From an uncultured Pseudomonadota bacterium (GTDB lineage: Bacteria; Oederibacteriota; Muellerivitia; Muellerivitales; Muellerivitaceae): 64,000 nt of DNA. This document shows, in pieces, positions 31,012-41,978 of this stretch (positions are counted from its first letter, which is position 1; each line of letters begins with the position of its first letter). The notes below the pieces were generated by a model, which was not told the origin of the DNA, ran no database searches, and saw only the letters and a list, made by a program, of their open reading frames with translations. The position numbers and the translations under genes were made by a program. The stretch is from contig CAWJKT010000010.1 in assembly GCA_963843375.1 (NCBI GenBank), positions 96,001 through 160,000 on the forward strand. The letters are read 5' to 3'.

Positions 31012-32967
31012 ATGAAGGCTTTCGTAAAGTCAATGATGCTCCTTACTTCCATAGGTTTGGTTTCAATTCCATCCATTCTTCGTTCAGAAGGAACAATGCC
31101 AGAGAATCATTATAAAAATTTCAAAACTGCCATCTATATCGTGGTCAACGCGACACGTTCCTTTTCCGATCTCAAACGGCTACAACGGGAATTCGATCGA
31201 ACCATGGCCCAGGTCAAATTCGACAAGGTCTATCTGGAAGTCTACCGAGACAAACAATTTGCCGACGAATCGAAGTTGGATGGCATCAAAAAGTTTTTCA
31301 CGGACCATGGGGTGGAAGTTTGGGGTGGAATTACCCTGGCCAAGGGCGGGCATGGGGGCCAGTTCGGAACTTTCGATTATGAGAATCCGGAGGATAGGGC
31401 CGAATGCAAGAAAGCCGTGGAAATGGCCGCTCGGCATTTCGACCATGTCATTCTGGATGATTTTTTCTTCTATACAAGCAAATCCGACGCTGATATCTCC
31501 GCGAAGGGCAAGCGTTCCTGGACGCAATACCGGCTGGATACCATGCGCAAAGCTTCCAGGAACCTCGTTCTCAAACCCGCAAGGACCATCAATCCTAATA
31601 TCAAGATGATCATCAAGTACCCTAATTGGTACGAGCATTTTCAAGGGCTCGGCTACGACCTGGAAAAACAATCCCAAATGTTTGACTACATTTATACCGG
31701 GACAGAAACCCGTGATCCAACGATCACGGATCAACTTCTCCAGCAATACGAGAGTTATGAAATTTTCCGCTACTTTAGCAACATCCGTCCGGATGGAGGC
31801 AATCTAGGTGGATGGGTTGACGTCTACAGCACCCGTTACGTGGATCGTTACGCCGAGGAATTGTGGGACACCCTTTTTGCCAAAGCACCTGAAATTACCC
31901 TATTCAATTGGGCTCCGATGTCCGAAACCCGTGCCTTGGATCCGGGAAACCGGGAAACCTGGAAGAACTTAGCGACAAGTTTTAATTGGGATGAAATGAT
32001 CAAGACCTATAACCCAGCTCCCGGGGATACCGCCCCACCTGGGTGGGGAAGAGCGGCGGGTTATTCGCTGGAGAAAGTAGACCGGGTCTTGGGAATGCTG
32101 GGGAATCCCATCGGCATCGCCAGTTACAAGCCTTACCAGTCAACAGGAGAGGATTTCCTCCACAATTACCTGGGCAACATCGGGATTCCCATTGAGCTTC
32201 TACCCGAGTATCCCAAGGACGCCGATACAATCCTGTTGACTGAATCCGCAAAATTTGACCCCCGGATTGTTTCCAAGATCAAGTCCAGCCTGAAAGCGGG
32301 CAAGAACGTCTTCATTACCTCGGGACTTTTGAAGGCTTTGCAGGGGAAGGGGATCGAGGACATCGCAGAGCTGGAGTGTACCGGGCGAACGGTCTCCATT
32401 CATGATTTTATCAACGGTTACGGGGCCGGGAACGGAACCCCTTTAAACGACCCAAGTCACGAAAACCCATCCATTCTATTTCCGGAAATCCGGTTTTTCA
32501 CGAACGATACCTGGGGGATCATCCGAGGTGTGGCCACATCCAAGGGATTCCCAGTCCTGCTTATGAACCGGTATTCCAAAGGCATCCTTTATGTGATTAC
32601 AATTCCCGAAAACATTTCCGATCTCTACAATCTGCCGCAGGGCGTGGTGACCGCGATTAAAGGCTACCTTCAGGGCGATTTTCCGGTTCGGATCGATTCC
32701 CCCGCCCAGGTGGCTCTCTTCGCCTATGACAACAACAGCTTCGTGGTGGAATCTTTCCGATCCGAGCCCTGTGACGTGACGGTGACTTTGCCGGGAGAAA
32801 CGGTTAAGTTAAGAGACGTTCAACTTGATGTGCGGGTGGATGCCCAACCCGTCGCGACCCCCGACCTGAATAATTGGTGGGCCCAACAAAACCCCGAACC
32901 GCCAAAGAGGAATTTCAAAGTCCAAATAGCACCTCATTCCTACCGGGTTTTCTCCATCGAAAAATAG
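31012..32967 (+). CDS. Secreted uncharacterised protein, probably glycoside-hydrolase-like (TIM barrel plus accessory domains)
   Basis: GGAGG SD, signal peptide, ILDDFFF, IIKYPNWYE, TGTETR, rich in aromatic residues. Intact 651-aa ORF. Confidence 0.6.
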   Translation: MKAFVKSMMLLTSIGLVSIPSILRSEGTMPENHYKNFKTAIYIVVNATRSFSDLKRLQREFDRTMAQVKFDKVYLEVYRDKQFADESKLDGIKKFFTDHGVEVWGGITLAKGGHGGQFGTFDYENPEDRAECKKAVEMAARHFDHVILDDFFFYTSKSDADISAKGKRSWTQYRLDTMRKASRNLVLKPARTINPNIKMIIKYPNWYEHFQGLGYDLEKQSQMFDYIYTGTETRDPTITDQLLQQYESYEIFRYFSNIRPDGGNLGGWVDVYSTRYVDRYAEELWDTLFAKAPEITLFNWAPMSETRALDPGNRETWKNLATSFNWDEMIKTYNPAPGDTAPPGWGRAAGYSLEKVDRVLGMLGNPIGIASYKPYQSTGEDFLHNYLGNIGIPIELLPEYPKDADTILLTESAKFDPRIVSKIKSSLKAGKNVFITSGLLKALQGKGIEDIAELECTGRTVSIHDFINGYGAGNGTPLNDPSHENPSILFPEIRFFTNDTWGIIRGVATSKGFPVLLMNRYSKGILYVITIPENISDLYNLPQGVVTAIKGYLQGDFPVRIDSPAQVALFAYDNNSFVVESFRSEPCDVTVTLPGETVKLRDVQLDVRVDAQPVATPDLNNWWAQQNPEPPKRNFKVQIAPHSYRVFSIEK

Positions 32968-33016
32968 GCCTGTCTTAAGGTACACTAAGACTTTAAATTT
33001 ACCTGAGGATTTATAG

Positions 33017-33241
33017 ATGCCAACACAGCCCGCGTTTGAAGATTCACTCACAAAACTTGAAGCTATTGTCGAAAAAATGGAATCGGGCGACCTCAAGTTG
33101 GAGGACTCATTAAAGCTGTTTGAAGAGGGAATGAAACTCACAAAGGAGTGCAATTCCCGTCTTAATGAAATTGAAAAAAAGGTCAAATTGCTTTTGAAGA
33201 ACGCCTCGGCCAAATCCAAAGACGAAGATTCCAAAAGCTAA
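33017..33241 (+). CDS. xseB: Exodeoxyribonuclease VII small subunit
   Basis: FEDSLTKLEAIVEKMESGDLKLEDSLKLFEEG. Confidence 0.95.
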   Translation: MPTQPAFEDSLTKLEAIVEKMESGDLKLEDSLKLFEEGMKLTKECNSRLNEIEKKVKLLLKNASAKSKDEDSKS

Positions 33242-33246
33242 CCCGG

Positions 33247-34143
33247 ATGTCTTTTTCCATACAATCCTACCTGGAACAAAAACGCCATGTGGTTGACCAA
33301 GCGCTCCAAAAGGTCTTCCGTGACGGATTCCCTTGCCCTTCGACTCTTTGGAACAGCATGAAGTACAGCGTCTTTGCAGGGGGCAAACGCTTACGTCCTA
33401 TCCTTTGCTTGGCATCGGCGGATGCGGTGGGTCTTGCTCACAAGGACGCCCTTCGGATCGCCTGCGCTTTGGAATTGATTCACACCTATAGCCTCATTCA
33501 TGACGATTTGCCATCATTGGACGACGATGATTACCGGCGCGGACGCAAGACCAACCACAAGGTTTATGGCGAAGCTATGGCCCTTTTGGCCGGAGATGGA
33601 CTCCAAACCCTCGCCTTCGAGTGGATTTCAAATCCCGCCGCCTACAATGCCCGTTACCGCAAAAACATCCCCCAAACCATATTTGAACTGGCGCATTACG
33701 CCGGCTATCCCGGCATGGTTGGCGGTCAGGTGGATGACGTCCTGGCGGAAAAGCAAAAACCTTTGTTGTCCAAAGTGCTTTCCATCCACCGCCGTAAAAC
33801 CGGAGCCCTGCTTCTTTCTAGCGTCAGGCTTCCGGCGCTTTTGGCGGGTGCCCCACGTCCAAAACTTATGGCCTTAACGGATTATGGCTGGTCGGCGGGC
33901 TTGGCTTTCCAGATCGTGGACGACATACTGAACGAAACAGGGAACCGCAAAACATTGGGCAAATCCACCGGGAGCGACCGAATCCGGGGAAAAATGACTT
34001 ATCCCGCGGCAATTGGTTTGGAAAAGTCAAAAAGAGAAGTCGACAATCTTACCCAGAGGGCCGTAAAAGCCTTGAAGCCCTTGGGAGAAAAAGGAATACC
34101 ACTGGAAGAACTTGTGCATTACATGGCTTGGAGGACAAGTTAG
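33247..34143 (+). CDS. ispA: Polyprenyl (farnesyl/geranyl) diphosphate synthase
   Basis: GGKRLRP, HDDLPSLDDDDYRRG, GQVDD, FQIVDDIL. Confidence 0.93.
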   Translation: MSFSIQSYLEQKRHVVDQALQKVFRDGFPCPSTLWNSMKYSVFAGGKRLRPILCLASADAVGLAHKDALRIACALELIHTYSLIHDDLPSLDDDDYRRGRKTNHKVYGEAMALLAGDGLQTLAFEWISNPAAYNARYRKNIPQTIFELAHYAGYPGMVGGQVDDVLAEKQKPLLSKVLSIHRRKTGALLLSSVRLPALLAGAPRPKLMALTDYGWSAGLAFQIVDDILNETGNRKTLGKSTGSDRIRGKMTYPAAIGLEKSKREVDNLTQRAVKALKPLGEKGIPLEELVHYMAWRTS

Positions 34144-34145
34144 CC

Positions 34146-34601
34146 ATGAAACCATTGAATGAAAAGGGATCGGTAAAAATATTATATGCAACTACGGTGG
34201 CTTGGGTCATTGCACAGGGCTTTAAGGTTTTGATATATTACGTCCGGCACCGAAAGATCAATTTCCGGTTGTTTGTGGGTACGGGAGGCATGCCAAGTTC
34301 CCATTCAGCTTTAGTCTGTTCCCTTGCCACGGCCATTGGCCTGGAAACCGGATGGGATTCACCGGTTTTCCTGCTGTCAGTTGGGATGGCCCTGATCATC
34401 ATGTCGGATGCGGCAGGCGTACGTCGAGCGGTGGGTCAACAGGCTCAAATCCTCAATGAAATTATGGACGATCTGAATAGTTCCAGGCCCGTTCCCGACA
34501 AAAAGCTTAAGGAACTGTTGGGTCATACACCGGTTCAAGTATTTATGGGCGCCCTCTTGGGTATTATTGTGGTTTTGGTGATGTACCATTGGATGCAATA
34601 G
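34146..34601 (+). CDS. Divergent PAP2 family protein (DUF212)
   Basis: GGMPSSHSA, DAAGVRRAVGQQA, ELLGHTP. Confidence 0.92.
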   Translation: MKPLNEKGSVKILYATTVAWVIAQGFKVLIYYVRHRKINFRLFVGTGGMPSSHSALVCSLATAIGLETGWDSPVFLLSVGMALIIMSDAAGVRRAVGQQAQILNEIMDDLNSSRPVPDKKLKELLGHTPVQVFMGALLGIIVVLVMYHWMQ

Positions 34602-34609
34602 GAAACGAA

Positions 34610-36526
34610 ATGTACGAATATTTGGATAAAATAATCTCTCCAGCTCACTTGCGGGCCTTGCCGGTCGAGGCTCTTCCCAAAGTGGCTGAAGAACTGCGTG
34701 ATTTTCTCGTCACTTCTGTCTCCCAAACTGGGGGCCATTTAGGCTCCAGTATGGGCGCGGTGGAGTTGACGCTGGCCATGCATTATGTTTACGACACCCC
34801 CCAGGACCGAATCGTATGGGACGTGGGGCACCAAGCCTATGGCCATAAAGCTATCACGGGTCGCCGGGAAAAGTTCCCCACACTCCGTCAATTTCAGGGA
34901 CTTTGCGGCTTCCCCAAGCGCAACGAAAGCGAATATGACACTTTCGCTGTTGGCCATGCGGGTACGGCCCTCTCAGCCGCCTATGGAATGGCTAGAGCCC
35001 GGGATATCCAGAAAAAAGATTTTCATGTCGTGGCGGTCGTGGGGGATGCGGCCATTTCCAACGGCCTTTCCATGGAAGCTCTGAACAATATCGGTGATCA
35101 CCCTAACATGAACATGACGGTTATCCTGAACGACAACGAAATGTCCATTTCACCCAGTGTGGGGGCGATGACTTCCTACCTCAATAAAATCCTTGCCGGT
35201 AAATCCTATAATGAGGCCAAGACCCATGTGGAGCGGTTCATCGACCGTATTCCCAAGGTCGGCCATCAAATGCTCCAAATGACCCATCACGCCGAGGAAG
35301 CCCTCAAAGGATTCGTGACCCCGGGTACGCTTTTCGAGGAATTGGGCCTTCGCTATTACGGCCCTATCGACGGTCACGACTTGCGGACCCTGGTTGAGAT
35401 CTTTAAGAAAGTTAAGCAATTGAAGGGTCCTATCATGTTGCACGTCGTGACCCGGAAGGGAAAGGGCTACAGTCCGGCGGAGGAAAACCCTGAGAAATTT
35501 CATGGGGTGACGGTGTTCGATAAGGAAACCGGAAAAAGCACCGCGGTTCCAGTTACCGGCGCGGCTCCTGCTTATACGAAAGTATTTGGCGACGCTATGA
35601 TCGAACTTGCTAAAAACAATCCGAAGCTGGTCGGAATTACGGCGGCTATGCCAGAAGGAACCGGATTAAAAAAATTCGGGGAAATTTACACCGACCGTTA
35701 TATCGACGTGGGCATTGCGGAAAGCCACGGCGTTTGCATGGCGGCGGGACTGGCTTGCGAGGGCATCAAGCCGGTAGTGGCCATATACTCCACTTTCCTT
35801 CAAAGGGCTTATGACCAGATCATCCATGACGTCTGCCTGCAAAAACTCCCAGTCGTTTTCGCCCTCGACCGGGGCGGCCTTGTGGGCGAGGATGGGGAGA
35901 CCCACCAAGGCGTTTATGACCTTTCCTATCTTCGTTGCGTGCCCAACATGGTCGTAATGGCTCCTTCGGACGAGAATGAGATGAGAAACATGCTTTACAC
36001 CGCCGTCGAGTACAACGGGCCTATCGCTTTGCGGTATCCCCGGGGGAACGGAGAAGGGGTGAAAATTGAAGAAGGGTTCAAAAAACTTGAGATCGGCAAA
36101 GGAACCCTCCTTGAAGAAGGCAAAGATTACGCGCTCCTTGCGATCGGCCGTATGGTGGGCGTGGCGAAAATCGCCCGTGAAATGTTAAAGAGAGAGGGCC
36201 TGGAAGGAACTGTTGCTAACTTTCGTTTCGTGAAACCCTTGGATGAAAAGCTTCTGGTTTCTATTGCTCAAAAAACAAAGGTCCTCGTCACCTTGGAAGA
36301 GAACTCAGCCATTGGAGGTTTTGGCAGCGCCGTACTGGAAGCCCTCCAAAAAAACGGGATAACGGATTGCGCGGTAAAATGTATCGGCATTCCCGACCGT
36401 TTTATTGAGCATGGAAAACCTCAGTTACAGCGGGAATTGTGCGGCCTCGAACCCCCCCAAGTAGCTGAAATCGTCAAAAAAATGTTGAAGGACCAAACCC
36501 CTTTCATGTTGGGAGTCGTATCCTAA
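34610..36526 (+). CDS. dxs: 1-deoxy-D-xylulose-5-phosphate synthase
   Basis: GGHLGSS, WDVGHQAY, LNDNEMSI, YSTFLQRAYDQ, GEDGETHQG. Confidence 0.97.
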   Translation: MYEYLDKIISPAHLRALPVEALPKVAEELRDFLVTSVSQTGGHLGSSMGAVELTLAMHYVYDTPQDRIVWDVGHQAYGHKAITGRREKFPTLRQFQGLCGFPKRNESEYDTFAVGHAGTALSAAYGMARARDIQKKDFHVVAVVGDAAISNGLSMEALNNIGDHPNMNMTVILNDNEMSISPSVGAMTSYLNKILAGKSYNEAKTHVERFIDRIPKVGHQMLQMTHHAEEALKGFVTPGTLFEELGLRYYGPIDGHDLRTLVEIFKKVKQLKGPIMLHVVTRKGKGYSPAEENPEKFHGVTVFDKETGKSTAVPVTGAAPAYTKVFGDAMIELAKNNPKLVGITAAMPEGTGLKKFGEIYTDRYIDVGIAESHGVCMAAGLACEGIKPVVAIYSTFLQRAYDQIIHDVCLQKLPVVFALDRGGLVGEDGETHQGVYDLSYLRCVPNMVVMAPSDENEMRNMLYTAVEYNGPIALRYPRGNGEGVKIEEGFKKLEIGKGTLLEEGKDYALLAIGRMVGVAKIAREMLKREGLEGTVANFRFVKPLDEKLLVSIAQKTKVLVTLEENSAIGGFGSAVLEALQKNGITDCAVKCIGIPDRFIEHGKPQLQRELCGLEPPQVAEIVKKMLKDQTPFMLGVVS

Positions 36527-37510
36527 ATGCCGTTTCTCAACCGTAGGGTTTGTTTATTTCTTCTTTTAGACGCGGCCATTCTCCTGGCTCTCATGGGAAT
36601 TTTTACCGCCATTAATCACGCCTTTGTTCCGGCGCCCAATACCTTAAGCGAAAAAATATCCATTACACCGACGGTGGCGGCTATCCCCCAAACCATCACC
36701 GCCCGCAAAACCGGCCCCATTGTGGAATCCCAACCCGGTGAGGAATTTGACACCACAAAACTTCGGTCCAAAACAGTCAAAGTCGTAGCCCATGCCATTG
36801 CTATGGGTGAAAACTATTGGACTATTGCCAAAAACAACAGCATTGATATCTACACCCTCATTGGGGCCAATCCGTCCATGCCTTTCAAGGCCAGGATCAA
36901 ACAATCCCTAAATCTTCTTTCACGAAAAGGCATTCTTTATACCGCTCAAAAAGGGGACGATATTTCCAAGATCGCCCAAGCTTTGGGAACGGACGAGAAA
37001 ACCATCAGGTCGGAAAACGGCATCACTTGGTGGAACAACCTGAAAGAAGGCGATGTTCTTTTTATCCCCGCCGTTAAACCGATTTTCATGGTCAAAGATT
37101 GGAAGGATTATTTCAGCAAGCGGGGTATTTTTGGTGACCCCTTAGGAAGATGGGGAAGGATCAACTCCCCTTTCAGTTTCCGTACTGACCCGATCACGGG
37201 TGAAATCCGCCACCATAATGGTGTGGATTTGAAGGCCAAATATGGTGATCCCGTCTATGCCGCGGCTGGGGGAAAGGTGATTTTCACCGGGGTTTCGGGC
37301 GGTTACGGGAACTTGATCATCATCGCAAGTGCAAACTCCTTCCACACCTATTATGGGCATCTTTCCAAAATTTACGCCAAACAGGGCCAAAAAGTGCGGC
37401 GGGGAATCCTCATTGGCCGGGTCGGCGCCACCGGCCGCGTGACCGGCCCCCATCTCCATTTTGAAATCCGCAAGAACGGAAAACCCGTCGATCCTTTGTT
37501 GTATATTTAA
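36527..37510 (+). CDS. LysM/M23 family metallopeptidase
   Basis: N-terminal TM, two LysM-like segments, HNGVD, YGHLS, TGPHLHFE. Confidence 0.9.
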   Translation: MPFLNRRVCLFLLLDAAILLALMGIFTAINHAFVPAPNTLSEKISITPTVAAIPQTITARKTGPIVESQPGEEFDTTKLRSKTVKVVAHAIAMGENYWTIAKNNSIDIYTLIGANPSMPFKARIKQSLNLLSRKGILYTAQKGDDISKIAQALGTDEKTIRSENGITWWNNLKEGDVLFIPAVKPIFMVKDWKDYFSKRGIFGDPLGRWGRINSPFSFRTDPITGEIRHHNGVDLKAKYGDPVYAAAGGKVIFTGVSGGYGNLIIIASANSFHTYYGHLSKIYAKQGQKVRRGILIGRVGATGRVTGPHLHFEIRKNGKPVDPLLYI

Positions 37511-37708
37511 AATCAAATAAGGCTCTTAACCCATAAAACCCCAGGGACACCAGGATAATCGAAAATAAGCTTAACTTTGACTCCTATTGAACCTCTTTGC
37601 TTTTAATCATTCTTATTGCCTTTTATGCCTTCGTGGTTCAAAAGCTTTATCGGATTGGTTTTTTGGAAGGTTGAATTCGCTGGTTTAACCTTGTAATGTA
37701 ATAGGCCA

Positions 37709-40700
37709 ATGGATCCAAGATTTGTCAAAGATACGGGCACAGAGACTTATACCGGCAACGAACTGATTCTCAAAGGCGGTCTGGAAGCGGGGATGAACCT
37801 TTTAACCGGTTATCCCGGTTCCCCCGTGGCGGATGTTTTCGAAGCCGCCGTCAATGCGACCCCCTACCTTAAAGAGCATGGCATTCTCGCCCAAATTGCC
37901 AACAATGAGGCCCTCTCCGCCGCAAGGTTGAACGGGGCTCAAATGGCTGGACTGCGGGCCATTACAGTCATGAAATCCGTAGGGTTCCACGTTGCCGCCG
38001 ACGCCCTAGTGGCGGGAAGCCTGGCAAAGAAAGACCACAAAGGCGCTGGGGTGATCGTCATCGGCGATGACCCCTGGAGCGATACCACCCAGGTGCCGGT
38101 CGATTCCCGGCGTCTCTCCGACCATTTGTTCATCCCCGTTTTGGAACCGGCTACTTTTCAAGAAATTAAGGATTGGATAAAGGTCGCCTTCGAGCTTTCA
38201 GAAGAAGCTGATCTTTTCATCGCCTACCTGCTTATCACCTATACGGCCGAAGGCGGGGGAAGCGTGGATGTCTATCCTAATCAACCTCCCAAAGGCGCTA
38301 CGACCCTGAACAAGGTTACCATCGACAGTTCCAAGTTTGACATCACCCATTCCATAGTCCTGCCACCGCACACCATCCCTCTGGAAAAAGAAGCTCTGGA
38401 AGTGAAGTTCCCCCGGCTCCTCGAATCCGCACGGGCTAAGGGCATCAATAAAATAATTCCGGCCAAAGAAAAGAGTTTTGCCTTTATCACGGCAGGGGCT
38501 TCTTACACCTACCTGGAGCAGGCCCTGTCGGAATTTGGCTTATCGGGTAAGTTTCCGATCCTGAAATTAGGCCTCACATTTCCGGTGGATCCCCAAGCGG
38601 TCGAGGAAATTCTGAAATACTCCGCCACCCTGGTAGTGGTGGAGGAAAAACGCCGTTTTATCGAAAGTCAGGTTCGAAATATCGTCATGGACCTTTACCA
38701 ATCCGGTAAACTCAAGGAAATGCCGACGGTCTGGGGCAAATCTTTTCCCGAAGGACTGGAAGGCTTTACTGAAGGCAAGGGGTTAAGCCCGGCAGTGGTC
38801 ATGACTACCTTGGCACCTCTCTTGAAACATTTCGAGCTTTCCACCCCTAAGGTGAACAAGGAAATCCAATTCATCAAGAGCCTGGACGACCTGGAAGTGA
38901 ACATACCCAAACGCACCCCGTCTTTCTGCCCGGGATGTCCACATCGGGATTCCTCCTCGGTCTTCCTCCAATTGGTGGCGGATTTTAAAGACCCCGTCTA
39001 CATGAAAAAGAACCACAAGCAAGGCCCTCTCGACATTCTTTTCCACGGGGATGCGGGTTGTTACGTTCTTCTTTTCATGCCCCCCAATGGGCCATTAATG
39101 CACAACTATATCGGCATGGGCCTGGGTGGCGGCACGGGCGCTGGCTTGTCGCCTTTTTCGACCAACAAATCGGTTTGTTTTATTGGTGATTCTACTTTCT
39201 TCCACTCCGGGCTTTCGGAAATCTCCGATTCCATCAAGAACAACCAGGATGTGCTTTACGTGGTTTTGGACAACAAGACTACCGCCATGACCGGCCACCA
39301 GCCCCATCCGGGAATGGAGTCCGACCTGATGGGCAATCCCACTTTCGGCCAGGATATCGAAAAGGTTCTGAAAGGACTGACGAAAGGGAACGATCTCACC
39401 ATTGCGCGAGTGAATCCTGAGAAGCGTGATGACTATCGGTTCCTGCTAGAGGATATGATTTTGGAACCAGGTGTGAAATTCGTCATCGCAGACAAGGAAT
39501 GCGGCATTACTTATCACCGCCGCAAGCGTCGGGAAGTCAGCCAATTCAAGGCCAAGCATGGCTACCTGCCCGTCCAAAAACGCGTCAATGTGAACGACCA
39601 TACCTGCGAATATTGCCTGGAATGCACCCGATTGACAGGTTGTCCGGGTCTCGCCATAGAAGACACTCTTTACGGCCCTAAAATGTCCACCGATCTTTCC
39701 TATTGCGTTTCCGATATGGCCTGCACCCGAATCAAAGCTTGTCCGGCCTTCGAGGAACTCACCATCGTCCGTGCCCACAAACTGGAAAATCCTGTTTTGC
39801 CCGATCCGGGCCAAATACCGGAACCTCAGCCTTTTGCATTCGAAGAAGACTGGCGTGGTTATATTGCCGGCGTCGGAGGGATGGGTATCGGTAGTTCCAC
39901 CGCGGTTCTAGTGCGTGCCGCTGAAAAGCACGGCTACCACATAACTTTTTGTGATAAAAAGGGAATTGCCATCCGCAACGGCGGAGTCTATTCCCAAGTA
40001 ACCTTTTCTAAGAAAAAAAAGGTGGTCTCGCCCCTGCAACCCCAGGGCAAATCCAATCTGCTTTTGGGCCTGGATATTCTGGAATCTGCACGGGGCCTAG
40101 ACCCTCGTTTGAATTTCCGCATGGGTTCTAAACAATATACCCATTCGGTGGTGAATACCCACAAGACTCATACGATTTTAACTCTGATGGGAAAAGACGA
40201 TTTCAGCCCGCTGGAACTATCCGAGCTTTTCAAGAAATACACGATGGATTATTTTGGTGCCGATATGAGCGCCATTGCCGAGCATTACCTGGGAAATAAG
40301 GTGTTCGTAAACGTCCTGCTTTTGGGTGTGGCTTTCCAAAGGGGCCTTTTGCCCGTCACTCTCCACGAAATGGTTGATTCCATCAAGGACAACTTCAACC
40401 CCAGCGCCGCCAAGCACAATATCGACGCCTTCCATTTGGGCCGGGATGTGGCAGTCCATCCGGAGAAATACGATGCCGAGGTCCGGCTAAGTTTCCAGGA
40501 AATTGTGATGAAGAAGACTGCGTTTTTGGGCGGAAAACGCGCTGAAGTCTATCTGAATATGACCAAGGAATTCCTGAAACTTTGGGAAGGAGATGAGGAT
40601 ACAAGAGTTCAATTTGCCAACCGTCTTTACGACCTAATCGAGTTTGAAGACCCCGGCTATGCCCGCAAGTACCTGGACAGAATACTGGCAACCCTTCAAA

Positions 40701-41251
40701 AGGACTCGAAAGCTGCAGATTTCTCGGCCACTAAGGCGGTCGTGAAATATTTACATAAGGTCATGGAAATCAAAGACGAGGTCTATGTGGCTCATCTATT
40801 GACCAGCCCGGAGAAGTACGAGAAGGATGCCAAACGCTACAAGGTGGATTTGGCCAACGGTGACAGGATCATTTACAAGCACTTCAACCGCCCTCATTTC
40901 GATATTTGGGGAATGAACATAGAGTTCGATTTCAACAGTCGCGACTGGATGTTAAGGATAATGAAACACATGAAATTCCTACGCCGCCTCATGCCCGCAT
41001 GGCATAAACGCGAAAAGGGTTTTAGGGCCTGGTATGAAGCCCTAGTGGACCGTTTTGAGTACACTAGCCCCGAAATGTACGAGCGTTGGGTAGCTGTTCT
41101 TTCCTTGCCGGAGGAGGTCAGGGGATACCGTTTGGTTCGTTACCCCAAGATGGAACAGGCTATGGAACAAGCCGAGAAGATTCTTTCAGGAACAGCCTTG
41201 GCGCCCGCCTTCAATCCCGCCAACCCGCCGAAACAACTTTCTAAAGTTTAA
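37709..41251 (+). CDS. Single-chain indolepyruvate:ferredoxin oxidoreductase family protein (alpha+beta fusion)
   Basis: GYPGSP, FCPGCPH, GDSTFFHSG..DNKTTAMTG (TPP), C..C..C....C ferredoxin motif, GVGGMG, KDEVYVA. Confidence 0.9.
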   Translation: MDPRFVKDTGTETYTGNELILKGGLEAGMNLLTGYPGSPVADVFEAAVNATPYLKEHGILAQIANNEALSAARLNGAQMAGLRAITVMKSVGFHVAADALVAGSLAKKDHKGAGVIVIGDDPWSDTTQVPVDSRRLSDHLFIPVLEPATFQEIKDWIKVAFELSEEADLFIAYLLITYTAEGGGSVDVYPNQPPKGATTLNKVTIDSSKFDITHSIVLPPHTIPLEKEALEVKFPRLLESARAKGINKIIPAKEKSFAFITAGASYTYLEQALSEFGLSGKFPILKLGLTFPVDPQAVEEILKYSATLVVVEEKRRFIESQVRNIVMDLYQSGKLKEMPTVWGKSFPEGLEGFTEGKGLSPAVVMTTLAPLLKHFELSTPKVNKEIQFIKSLDDLEVNIPKRTPSFCPGCPHRDSSSVFLQLVADFKDPVYMKKNHKQGPLDILFHGDAGCYVLLFMPPNGPLMHNYIGMGLGGGTGAGLSPFSTNKSVCFIGDSTFFHSGLSEISDSIKNNQDVLYVVLDNKTTAMTGHQPHPGMESDLMGNPTFGQDIEKVLKGLTKGNDLTIARVNPEKRDDYRFLLEDMILEPGVKFVIADKECGITYHRRKRREVSQFKAKHGYLPVQKRVNVNDHTCEYCLECTRLTGCPGLAIEDTLYGPKMSTDLSYCVSDMACTRIKACPAFEELTIVRAHKLENPVLPDPGQIPEPQPFAFEEDWRGYIAGVGGMGIGSSTAVLVRAAEKHGYHITFCDKKGIAIRNGGVYSQVTFSKKKKVVSPLQPQGKSNLLLGLDILESARGLDPRLNFRMGSKQYTHSVVNTHKTHTILTLMGKDDFSPLELSELFKKYTMDYFGADMSAIAEHYLGNKVFVNVLLLGVAFQRGLLPVTLHEMVDSIKDNFNPSAAKHNIDAFHLGRDVAVHPEKYDAEVRLSFQEIVMKKTAFLGGKRAEVYLNMTKEFLKLWEGDEDTRVQFANRLYDLIEFEDPGYARKYLDRILATLQKDSKAADFSATKAVVKYLHKVMEIKDEVYVAHLLTSPEKYEKDAKRYKVDLANGDRIIYKHFNRPHFDIWGMNIEFDFNSRDWMLRIMKHMKFLRRLMPAWHKREKGFRAWYEALVDRFEYTSPEMYERWVAVLSLPEEVRGYRLVRYPKMEQAMEQAEKILSGTALAPAFNPANPPKQLSKV

Positions 41252-41405
41252 CAATGTGCTGAACCCCCGTTTTTCCTTCAAAAAAAACAGAGGAATGGAG
41301 ACGTTTCAAATTCCTTTGCGTTTAGAAAATCAGCATCTTGTTAATCAGGGAACTTAATCACCCACAACCAACTTTTTGGAACTTGTTCACTCAGGGATTC
41401 AATTC

Positions 41406-41978
41406 TCAATTAGGACGCGGATTTCTTCGCCAGAACTCAGAACTGGCCTCGGGCATTTTCTTGTAAATGTTGTTCAAATGCGTCTTCAGAGTGGCCTTTG
41501 AAATGGACAATCTCTTGACGATTCTGGAATTGGTAAATCCTTGGATACAAAGATTGGCTATTTCCAATTCCCGCTTGGTTAAATCTTTGTTCCTGAATCT
41601 CTTGAGCCATGCGTCATATTTCTGCTGGAGGGGATACAACATCACCATTCGGTAAGGAACCGCATTGAAAAAAAGAACGTCAAAAAACTGGTTTCCCACC
41701 TTTTGGTTCGAAAAATATTGTATCCCATCCTCGCCGAGGGGCCTCCCCAGGTTTTTTTCGCAGGACACGACACAGGTTTGTGGGCAATCCATTCCGGAAA
41801 AATTCCCGCAAAGTTTCTTGCAGACCAAGTTTTGGAAATAAACCCTGGTCCCCGACCTTAATAGGCAAATACTGGTGCGGTTTTTCTTTAGAGCTTCCTT
41901 AAACCAAACGATCATTTTCCACCCGGAGGGTTGATTGTGGGTTCGTTCCTTTAAACGGACAATGAACTCCTGTCGCAT
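41406..41978 (-). CDS. LuxR-type HTH regulator with a Cys-rich N-terminal sensor domain
   Basis: LTKRELEIA...GFTNSRI...ISKATLKTHLNNIYKK; N-terminal CKKLC..CPQTCVVSC. Confidence 0.8.
   Translation of the reverse strand: MRQEFIVRLKERTHNQPSGWKMIVWFKEALKKNRTSICLLRSGTRVYFQNLVCKKLCGNFSGMDCPQTCVVSCEKNLGRPLGEDGIQYFSNQKVGNQFFDVLFFNAVPYRMVMLYPLQQKYDAWLKRFRNKDLTKRELEIANLCIQGFTNSRIVKRLSISKATLKTHLNNIYKKMPEASSEFWRRNPRPN

Noticed and set aside
37520..37645. Possible degenerate REP-like arms before the IOR gene (also ~18980)
   Set aside because: Too degenerate to define a consensus.
37709..41251. Fused IOR as a novel architecture
   Set aside because: Single-chain IOR-family proteins of this size are already well known.
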